A stretch of 64,000 nucleotides of DNA, from assembly GCA_016938235.1 (NCBI GenBank), contig JAFGVA010000223.1, forward strand, positions 406-64,405, in the 5' to 3' direction. How positions within the stretch are numbered: the first letter of the stretch is position 1; every line of letters begins with the position of its first letter. The notes below the pieces were generated by a model. It searched no databases, had not been told where the DNA came from, and worked only from the letters and a program-made list of their open reading frames with translations. The translations under genes and the position numbers were made by a program. Source of the DNA: Bacteroidales bacterium (GTDB lineage: Bacteria > Bacteroidota > Bacteroidia > Bacteroidales > UBA10428). This document shows positions 57,218-64,000 of the stretch, in pieces.

Positions 57218-57315
57218 TTGAACTAGAAACATTGAACTAGGAACATTGAACTAGAAACATTGAACTAGAAACATTGAACTAGAAACATTGAACTAGAAAC
57301 ATTGAACTAGAAACT
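57218..57315 (+). repeat. Tandem array of the 14-mer TTGAACTAGAAACA (7 copies)
   Basis: Seven contiguous units. Unit 2 has A to G (TTGAACTAGGAACA) and unit 7 ends ..AAACT. The array ends 15 nt before the ATPase ATG. Confidence 0.95.
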
Positions 57316-57330
57316 TTAAACTTAACAATC

Positions 57331-58014
57331 ATGAAAGTAATAGAACTAAAAAAAGTAGAAAAAATATATAACGACTCAGAAGTAAAAGTACATGCGGTGC
57401 GTGGTATTGATCTTGAGTTCGAAGAAGGCGAATTTGCAGCCATCGTTGGCCCCTCAGGTTCAGGAAAAACAACTCTGTTGAATATGCTTGGCGGGTTAGA
57501 TAAACCTACAGTTGGCGATATCTACATTGGAGGCACACACATTAACGATCTGTCAGGTTCGAAACTTATAGATTTTCGTTTGTTCAACATCGGCTTCGTA
57601 TTTCAGTCCTATAACCTCATACCGGTTTTAACTGCGAAAGAAAACGTTGAGTTTATCATGCAGATGCAGGGTATTTCGCAGGAGGAACGTTACCAGCGAA
57701 CCAAAGCTTTATTGGAGGAAGTAGGACTGGGAGACAGACTCGATAGTCGGCCCAAGCAACTTTCAGGCGGTCAGCAACAGCGAGTGGCAGTGGCAAGAGC
57801 ATTAGCATCTAAGCCAAAATTTGTTCTTGCCGACGAACCAACAGCAAACCTCGATTCAAAATCGACAGAGAATCTGCTGGAAATAATGGAAAAACTGAAT
57901 AAGGAAGAAAACATAACTTTCATCTTTTCTACACACGATCAGCGGGTTGTTAAAAAAGCACGCAGGGTTATTACCGTTGAAGATGGTAAGGTGTTGAGCG
58001 ATGAGCGAAAGTAG
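57331..58014 (+). CDS. ABC transporter ATP-binding protein (MacB/LolD-like)
   Basis: 227 aa. Walker A GPSGSGKTT, signature LSGGQQQRVAVARAL, Walker B FVLADEPT. Confidence 0.93.
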   Translation: MKVIELKKVEKIYNDSEVKVHAVRGIDLEFEEGEFAAIVGPSGSGKTTLLNMLGGLDKPTVGDIYIGGTHINDLSGSKLIDFRLFNIGFVFQSYNLIPVLTAKENVEFIMQMQGISQEERYQRTKALLEEVGLGDRLDSRPKQLSGGQQQRVAVARALASKPKFVLADEPTANLDSKSTENLLEIMEKLNKEENITFIFSTHDQRVVKKARRVITVEDGKVLSDERK

Positions 58015-58038
58015 GTTTGACTATCCTACTTTCAATCA

Positions 58039-58065
58039 GCGTCATTCCGGGCTTGACCCGGAATC
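58039..58065. repeat. CGTCAT-hairpin element (third variant)
   Basis: GCGTCATTCCGGGCTTGACCCGGAATC has the same layout (CGTCAT + 6-bp stem + ATC) as the copies at 204 and 2898. A possible distal end CGTAATGAGG lies at about 58126-58135. Confidence 0.6.
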
Positions 58066-58146
58066 TCCTGAATTTATTTGAATAAAAAGCTGAACTTAAC
58101 ATTTAAAAGATTACTTCGATGTGCTCGTAATGAGGTTTTTTATTTT

Positions 58147-58180
58147 CGTCATTGCGAAATTGAGGAACGAAATTGAAGCA
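58147..58180. repeat. CGTCAT-type element (fourth, divergent)
   Basis: CGTCATTGCGAAATTGAGGAACGAAATTGAAGCA shares the CGTCAT head and has an internal GAAATTGA duplication. Confidence 0.45.
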
Positions 58181-58206
58181 TTCTGTTTCTTAAAAATAAG
58201 GAAATC

Positions 58207-59394
58207 ATGAAAAAAACATTTATAATATTATTTTTAGGACTAAGTCTCTCAGCCCACTCCCAATCCAAATTCGATTACTACGGGTACCTTTCAGGCATGC
58301 CTCAATACATGCATATCGATAGTATAAATTATTACCAGGGTATTCTGCATAACCGGATGAACTTTTTCTATTATCCAAATAATAATTTTAGTTTTTCTGT
58401 ACAGTTGCGAAATCAACTTTTGTATGGTGATCTAGTAGAAATGTCGGCTTATGAAGATGGGTTTGTAAGCGAAAGCTATTTTCTGCCATTAACTTTTCAG
58501 CAGACATTTAACGACAAAGGCTTCCTGAGTTTATCGGCCGACAGGTTTTATGGACAATACACCAAGGGTAATTTCGACATAAAAGTGGGAAGACAGAGGA
58601 TAAACTGGGGGCAGACCTTTGCCTGGAATCCAAACGATATTTTTAATACCTATAATTTCTTCGATTTCGACTATTTAGAGAGACCGGGAGCCGATGCTAT
58701 CCGCATTCAGTATTTTACTGGCGCAACTTCACAGCTCGATTTCGCTGCTAAAATCGATAGTGCCAACAATATAACTGCTGCCGCATTATACAGATTTAAT
58801 AAATGGAGAACCGATTTTCAGGTAATTGGCGGATATTACAGTCAGTCTTATATCGATACTGTTACTTTTCATACCGATACGGAATCGGATTATGTTTTGG
58901 GACTGAGCTTTACCACCGATTTAAAAGGTGTGAGTTTAAGAACAGAAAGTTCATATATGATTCCAACAGACGATTCACCCTTTCAGAAGGATTTGTTGCT
59001 TATAAGTGTGGGGCTTGATTATACCCTTCCGGTTAATCTTTCATTTGTTACAGAATTTTTCTACACAAACCAAGTACAGCCAATGACCTCGGGTCTGTTA
59101 TCGATGTATTCAAGGCCTATGACTGTTAAAAGCATGGTTTTTACACACTATAATTTGTTTGCACAGGCGAGTTATCCTGTTACACCATTAATTAATGCTT
59201 CATTCGGAGGAATGGTTTTCACTGATGAAAACCTCGATGGGTTTTATGTTGGTCCATCTATAGATTATTCTTTGAACGATAATCTTGTGCTTGCTGTTTA
59301 CGGGCAAATTTTTGGATTTCGGACTGTATATCTGGGTGAAGTAACCGAAACACTCATTTCTATGGGATTTCTTAGGCTTAAATGGAGTTTTTAA
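58207..59394 (+). CDS. Predicted outer-membrane beta-barrel protein (hypothetical)
   Basis: 395 aa with signal peptide, alternating aromatic/polar beta-strand pattern, and a C-terminal ..LRLKWSF ending in Phe. Confidence 0.6.
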   Translation: MKKTFIILFLGLSLSAHSQSKFDYYGYLSGMPQYMHIDSINYYQGILHNRMNFFYYPNNNFSFSVQLRNQLLYGDLVEMSAYEDGFVSESYFLPLTFQQTFNDKGFLSLSADRFYGQYTKGNFDIKVGRQRINWGQTFAWNPNDIFNTYNFFDFDYLERPGADAIRIQYFTGATSQLDFAAKIDSANNITAAALYRFNKWRTDFQVIGGYYSQSYIDTVTFHTDTESDYVLGLSFTTDLKGVSLRTESSYMIPTDDSPFQKDLLLISVGLDYTLPVNLSFVTEFFYTNQVQPMTSGLLSMYSRPMTVKSMVFTHYNLFAQASYPVTPLINASFGGMVFTDENLDGFYVGPSIDYSLNDNLVLAVYGQIFGFRTVYLGEVTETLISMGFLRLKWSF

Positions 59395-59400
59395 TTAAAA

Positions 59401-59709
59401 CTGAACAAGGAAGTCATTCAGACCCGGCTCGATAATGAGGAGTTTGAAGCATCATATCAAAAGGGCTATAATTTGTTCAGGCAAAAAAAATATACCGAAG
59501 CAATTCCGTTTTTTGAAGATGCTGTAAGAATTAAACCAGAACACTACCCGGCAAATCTGGGACTTGTTTCATGTTATGTGAACAAATGCGCCGGCAACAA
59601 TGATTATTGCACAGAAGCAGTTAATCATCTTAATTATATCGTTCAAAAGTACGGGATGAATTATAAATTAACCGAACTTAAAATTCTTTTAGATTCAAAA
59701 TTGGAATAA
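59401..59709 (+). pseudogene. TPR-motif ORF without an ATG start (fragment or non-canonical start)
   Basis: The open frame after the barrel-gene TAA reads ..EASYQKGYNLFRQKKYTEAIPFFEDAVRIKPEHYPANLGLVSCY.. The TPR-like helix pair begins upstream of the track's TTG start at 59473. No ATG is present; the only candidate start is CTG at 59401. Confidence 0.35.
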
Positions 59710-59982
59710 TAATTCATTTCAAATTCCGAATAGTAAGCAAATAAAACACATAGCTTTCAAAATGAAAGATATATATGAATATAAATTGAATTAGCGTTTG
59801 ATTAACCCCGTTTTTAATTCGAATACACCTAATTTAAAATAAAACTAAATAACAAACTCACCTCAATTTAAAACGCACGTAATCAGCAAAATATAAAAAC
59901 AGAATTATTTACGTTAATTTTGGTTCAGCTATGAATTTCCAAGTGCTTAACCTTACCTTAAAGCCTGTCTCAGCAAAATGAT

Positions 59983-59990
59983 TATATTTG
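59983..59990 (+). promoter_or_regulatory. Candidate -7 box for hppA
   Basis: TATATTTG, 74 nt upstream of the ATG. Confidence 0.35.
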
Positions 59991-60063
59991 TTATCTCCTT
60001 GAATAAATATAAATAAATAATCGGGGAAATTGATGGATCAATTAATAACAAAAACCTTGTATT

Positions 60064-62313
60064 ATGGATAAAATATTTTCTGCAGTACCATTTTTGGCAA
60101 TGATAGGGTCATTACTTGCCCTTGTTTTTGCTTTCTTCTTTTATAGGAATATGATGAAAAATTCTGAAGGTACAGACCGGATGAAAGAAATTGCCCAGTA
60201 TGTTCGTGAGGGCGCAATGGCATATCTCGCCAGACAATATAGTGTTGTTGGAAAAGTTTTCATTGTATTGGTAATTTTACTTGCAATTTTAGCCTACATG
60301 GGAATACAAAACCCATTTGTACCGATTGCTTTCCTAACCGGAGGTTTCTTTTCCGGACTTTGCGGTTACCTTGGAATGAAAACAGCGACCAATGCTTCAG
60401 CTCGTACAGCACACGGTGCATCAAAATCCTTAAATAAAGGATTACAGATTGCTTTTCGTAGTGGTGCTGTAATGGGACTTGTTGTTGTTGGTTTTGGTTT
60501 GCTGGATATCTCATTGTGGTATTTATTACTCGACAGAGTTATTTTTACCCCTGATCATATGGCAACTGGAGTTAAATTTCTGGGCCTTCATTTTGTAAAT
60601 GCTGGTATAGGTGAAACCGAAAAATATATCGAGATAACTGCTACTATGCTTACATTTGGTATGGGTGCTTCTACGCAGGCACTTTTTGCCCGCGTTGGTG
60701 GTGGTATTTATACAAAAGCAGCCGATGTTGGAGCTGACCTTGTTGGTAAAGTGGAAGCTGGTATTCCTGAGGATGATCCTCGTAATCCTGCTACTATTGC
60801 TGATAATGTTGGCGATAATGTAGGGGATGTTGCCGGTATGGGCGCTGATTTATACGAATCCTATGCAGGTTCAATTTTAGCAACTGCCGCTCTTGGTGCT
60901 GCTTTAGCCGTTTCAAATATTCAGGAAACAATAAAAGCCGTTACTGCCCCGATGTTGGTTGCAGCAATCGGTATAATACTTTCCATTATAGGTATTTTTA
61001 TGGTTCGTACAAAAGAATCGGCTACTCAGAAAAATCTTCTTCGTGCATTATTTATAGGAACTTTTGGGAGTTCAATTTTAATACTGATTGCTGTGGCCGG
61101 TATGGCTGCCCTTGATATTATTACCTGGGGAGTTTTTGGATCGGTTGTAGCAGGTTTACTTGCCGGTGTTATTATCGGACAAGGAACAGAATATTATACT
61201 TCGGATGAATATGCTCCTACAAAAGGTATTGCCTCTCAGGCGCAACAAGGTCCGGCAACAACCATTATTGATGGTATTGCGGTTGGGATGTACTCTACCT
61301 GGATTCCGGTTGTTACTATTGTTGCTGGAATTATTGCTGCGTATGGATTTGCCGGTGGATTCCAGAATTTTTCACAAGGAGTTTACGGTATTGGCTTTGC
61401 AGCGGTTGGTATGCTTTCCACTCTAGGTATAACATTGGCTACCGATGCTTTTGGCCCTATTGCGGATAATGCTGGTGGAAATGCTGAAATGAGCGAATTA
61501 CCTAAAGAGGTACGTGAAAGAACAGATGCATTGGATATGCTTGGAAATACAACTGCAGCTACCGGAAAAGGATTTGCAATTGGCTCTGCTGCACTTACAG
61601 CAATGGCACTTTTAGCCGCCTATATGGAAGAAATAAAGTTATGGCTAAGCAAATATCCTTTGAAAGGAGATGCATTTCTTGCAGCCACAGGATTAGATAG
61701 CTTTGCAAATGCTGACATAACTGATTTTGTTTCTTATTATAACCTTTCTCTTTTTAATCCAATGGTTTTGGGAGGGTTATTTATTGGAGCTATGATGGCC
61801 TTTGTTTTTTGCGCAATGACTATGAAAGCTGTTGGCCGTGCTGCTGGTGCAATGGTTGATGAGGTTCGTCGTCAGTTTAAAGAAATTCCCGGAATTATGG
61901 AAGGTAAAGCTACCCCTGAATATGCCAAATGTGTTGCAATATCAACAAAAGGTGCTCAACGTGAAATGTTAGTACCATCGCTTTTGGCAATTGCTGTACC
62001 GGTAGTTGTGGGTATTGTTCTTGGTGTAGCTGGTGTAGTTGGTTTGCTTGCCGGAGGTCTTACTGCAGGGTTCACACTTGCCAGTATGTTAAACAACTCA
62101 GGTGGTGCATGGGATAATGCTAAAAAATATATTGAAAAAGGAAATTTTGGCGGAAAAGGAAGCGATGCTCACAAAGCTGGTGTTGTTGGTGATACTGTTG
62201 GTGATCCATTTAAAGATACTTCCGGACCATCATTAAACATCCTTATTAAGCTTATGACAATGGTTTCTGTTGTAATGGCAGGTTTAACTGTTGGATTCAG
62301 TATTTTCGGATAA
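60064..62313 (+). CDS. hppA: Membrane-integral ion-translocating pyrophosphatase (K+-dependent subtype signature)
   Basis: 749 aa. [20 protein letters not shown] and DNVGDNVGD motifs. [10 protein letters not shown] has Ala rather than Lys at the position that distinguishes K+-dependent from K+-independent enzymes. Confidence 0.95.
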   Translation: MDKIFSAVPFLAMIGSLLALVFAFFFYRNMMKNSEGTDRMKEIAQYVREGAMAYLARQYSVVGKVFIVLVILLAILAYMGIQNPFVPIAFLTGGFFSGLCGYLGMKTATNASARTAHGASKSLNKGLQIAFRSGAVMGLVVVGFGLLDISLWYLLLDRVIFTPDHMATGVKFLGLHFVNAGIGETEKYIEITATMLTFGMGASTQALFARVGGGIYTKAADVGADLVGKVEAGIPEDDPRNPATIADNVGDNVGDVAGMGADLYESYAGSILATAALGAALAVSNIQETIKAVTAPMLVAAIGIILSIIGIFMVRTKESATQKNLLRALFIGTFGSSILILIAVAGMAALDIITWGVFGSVVAGLLAGVIIGQGTEYYTSDEYAPTKGIASQAQQGPATTIIDGIAVGMYSTWIPVVTIVAGIIAAYGFAGGFQNFSQGVYGIGFAAVGMLSTLGITLATDAFGPIADNAGGNAEMSELPKEVRERTDALDMLGNTTAATGKGFAIGSAALTAMALLAAYMEEIKLWLSKYPLKGDAFLAATGLDSFANADITDFVSYYNLSLFNPMVLGGLFIGAMMAFVFCAMTMKAVGRAAGAMVDEVRRQFKEIPGIMEGKATPEYAKCVAISTKGAQREMLVPSLLAIAVPVVVGIVLGVAGVVGLLAGGLTAGFTLASMLNNSGGAWDNAKKYIEKGNFGGKGSDAHKAGVVGDTVGDPFKDTSGPSLNILIKLMTMVSVVMAGLTVGFSIFG

Positions 62314-62343
62314 ACGTTTATCACACACATAAAATCTCTAATA

Positions 62344-62371
62344 AACCACCCTGTTTTGGGGTGGTTTTTTT
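62344..62371. terminator. Rho-independent terminator, potentially bidirectional (hppA / ribD converge)
   Basis: ACCACCC-TGTTTTG-GGGTGGT followed by TTTTTT, with an A-rich run on the other side. Confidence 0.8.
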
Positions 62372-62653
62372 ATGCCTGTTCGTTTTATACGTCCTGTTTG
62401 TTTTTATTTAGTGGCCCAATGTCGGTTAGTTCCCGCTATTACTCAAGGTTTACCCATTGCCTTCCTTTAGGGTACTTCGTGCCAGGAAAATCAAGAGATG
62501 AACAGAGGCATGAAGTTTTTTTTCATTTTCTTCTTATCTAAACGCCCTTGTATATAGTCTTTTAAGATTTGGCAGGTATATTTTAATAAGACCAAGATTC
62601 CAAAACAATTACCTTTATTATCGGAAAGGAAGGTTTAAGTGGGGTTATAAATT

Positions 62654-63697
62654 TTATCTGTTCTGACAAATCACCAACGAATCGTTCAAAATTTGTTTGA
62701 ATGATTTTGAATTTGCATGAATTTCCGGTGCTTTAATACCATTTTTAAAATCTTTATTTCCCATAAAAATCCGTGCTTCATCCCAAAGGCCATTATTAAT
62801 AAAAGATTGAAGCAGTTTTCTTCCGCCTTCAACCATTAATGAAAGAATTTCTCTGGTGTATAATTCTTCTAAAACAGCATCCAGAATGGGCTCATCGAAA
62901 TTCAGCCTGATGTATGTAAGCTTGGGTTTATTCTGAATATGTTTTTCAGTGAAAACCAGCGTGTCTGTTTCTCCATTGAATAGCTTAGCGTTCTCAGGTA
63001 TTCTGGCTTTACGGTCAACCGTAATTCTTAAGGGAGATTTTCCGGGCCAGTAACGTGTATCTAGTCCGGGATTATCATACACAACGCTATTTGTACCTAC
63101 CATAATAGCATTTTCAACCGAGCGCCATTTGTGTACCAAAGTCCTCGATATCGGATTCGAAATCCAGTTTGGGCCTATGGGAGTTCCCGGAGTGCGATCG
63201 ATATCAATATATCCATCGCGCGATTGAGCCCATTTTAAAATAATGTATGGTCGTTTCTTTGCATGAAAAGTAAAAAACCGCTTGTTTAGTTCAAAACATT
63301 CTTCTTCCAAAACTCCGAGTACCACCTCAAGTCCTGCATTTTTTAGTTTTTCAATACCTTTCCCGGCAACAATTGAGTTGGGGTCTGTAGTTCCGATTAC
63401 AAGCTTTTTAAGGCCTTTTTCAATAATTAAATCGGAACAGGGAGGGGTTTTGCCCATGTGTGAGCAGGGTTCCAGATTAACATACAAAGTACTTTCCGGA
63501 AGTAATTGGGTTTCTTTTACTGAATTAATAGCATTTACTTCGGCATGTGGACCTCCAAAAACCCTGTGATATCCTTCACCAATAATTTTATTGTTGTGAA
63601 CAATTACTGAACCTACCATGGGATTAGGTGCGACCATTCCTTTACCGTTTCTGGCCAGATCAATGCAACGATGCATGTATTTTATGTAGTTTTGCAT
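62654..63697 (-). CDS. ribD: Bifunctional riboflavin biosynthesis deaminase/reductase RibD
   Basis: 347 aa. Deaminase zinc motifs HAEVNA and PCSHMGKTPPC, plus a C-terminal reductase domain. Confidence 0.93.
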   Translation of the reverse strand: MQNYIKYMHRCIDLARNGKGMVAPNPMVGSVIVHNNKIIGEGYHRVFGGPHAEVNAINSVKETQLLPESTLYVNLEPCSHMGKTPPCSDLIIEKGLKKLVIGTTDPNSIVAGKGIEKLKNAGLEVVLGVLEEECFELNKRFFTFHAKKRPYIILKWAQSRDGYIDIDRTPGTPIGPNWISNPISRTLVHKWRSVENAIMVGTNSVVYDNPGLDTRYWPGKSPLRITVDRKARIPENAKLFNGETDTLVFTEKHIQNKPKLTYIRLNFDEPILDAVLEELYTREILSLMVEGGRKLLQSFINNGLWDEARIFMGNKDFKNGIKAPEIHANSKSFKQILNDSLVICQNR

Positions 63698-63729
63698 AAA
63701 GCTGTTTATCCTTTGAAAGAATATGTATG

Positions 63730-63737
63730 CAAAAATA
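63730..63737 (-). promoter_or_regulatory. Candidate -7 box for ribD
   Basis: Plus-strand CAAAAATA equals minus-strand TATTTTTG, 33 nt upstream of the ATG at 63697. Confidence 0.4.
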
Positions 63738-63784
63738 GGATACCAAAATTAAGCTTTGTTATAATTGACTAAAAACTTTAATAC

Positions 63785-64000
63785 TTGCAAACAATAACCG
63801 ACATTAAAGCTCTTTATCTGAAAGTATTAATAAAAGTTTATGATCAGAACGAATCGGAAGCAATATTCTGGATAGTTGCCGAAAGTATACTCAAAGAAAA
63901 CCGAATGGTACTTTTGTCTGAATTACATAAAGCCATTTCTGATGATGAAGCTAATCAATTCAACAACTACCTGAAAAGGCTTGAAAAGGCCGAACCGGTG
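63785..64000 (+). CDS. prmC: Release-factor glutamine methyltransferase PrmC/HemK, N-terminal part (runs off the window)
   Basis: My translation from the TTG at 63785 is (M)QTITDIKALYLKVLIKVYDQNESEAIFWIVAESILKENRMVLLSELHKAISDDEANQFNNYLKRLEKAEPV. This is a HemK N-domain pattern ending in the ..EP(xQYI) region. The start codon is uncertain. Confidence 0.6.
   Translation, partial: MQTITDIKALYLKVLIKVYDQNESEAIFWIVAESILKENRMVLLSELHKAISDDEANQFNNYLKRLEKAEPV

Noticed and set aside
57122-57315. Could the regular repeats be a CRISPR array?
   Set aside because: The units are only 14 nt and directly contiguous with no unique spacers. There is no leader or cas gene anywhere in the window. These are plain tandem repeats.
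59392-59394. Stop-codon readthrough fusing the barrel protein to the TPR-like ORF
   Set aside because: The barrel protein ends in the classic C-terminal aromatic (..KWSF) needed for outer-membrane insertion. TAA is a strong stop and I saw no recoding signal.
62372-62653. Track ORF 62356-62541, or a structured ncRNA, in the hppA/ribD convergent spacer
   Set aside because: The ORF is Cys/Phe/Ser-rich, has no start context and begins inside the terminator. A GGAAGG-containing stretch on the minus strand briefly resembled an SRP RNA domain IV, but the flanking pairing and conserved motif are absent. I leave the region unassigned.
63698-63784. FMN riboswitch upstream of ribD
   Set aside because: Only 87 nt separate ribD from the divergent prmC start, which is too short for an FMN aptamer plus expression platform. 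I could not recognise the conserved FMN core.

Overview
AT-rich chromosomal segment that looks like Bacteroidota. Evidence: a SusC/SusD pair, a T9SS type-B cargo gene next to a PorP/SprF gene, F-type ATP synthase split into atpZ-(x)-BEFHAG and atpDC loci with a short epsilon, and TAnnTTTG -7 boxes 20-75 nt upstream of many start codons. I call about 60 protein genes and one tRNA-Arg(CCU). Most are housekeeping or envelope genes: tyrS, glyQS, fabH-plsX-rpmF-yceD-like, ATP synthase, hppA, ribD, prmC (partial), a polysaccharide/O-antigen-type locus (Wzz-like, ligase-like, YfhO, GT2, two GT4, Wzx, two methyltransferase-like genes, GT9), a CDF transporter, and PadR and TetR regulators. I saw no transposase, integrase, cas gene, CRISPR array or rRNA. 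Items worth a second look: (1) A family of short-period (7/8/14-nt) tandem arrays built from AATGNNN / AATTGNG / GTGAANN words at four loci. At one locus two 5x7-nt arrays in inverted orientation bracket a free-standing four-helix-bundle (23S rRNA IVS / Avd-like) gene lying inside a TetR / LolA-like / FtsX / FtsX / ABC-ATPase / beta-barrel cluster. At another, two 14-mer arrays fill the whole permease-ATPase spacer of that cluster. (2) A non-phage gene cluster encoding a tail-fibre-like protein with a peptidase-S74 self-cleaving chaperone domain, a T9SS type-B cargo protein, PorP/SprF and a TPR/PD40 protein. (3) A secreted TPR-caspase gene bracketed by two copies of a CGTCAT-hairpin element. 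(4) A GH16-fold protein with no signal peptide whose catalytic ExDxxE motif reads HINVVE, fused to a long K/E/Y-rich repeat region. (5) Smaller regulatory oddities: a strong hairpin between atpE and atpF, a TetR leader with duplicated operator plus a hairpin, and a tRNA-adjacent palindrome. All functional assignments come from reading motifs by eye; no database search was run.
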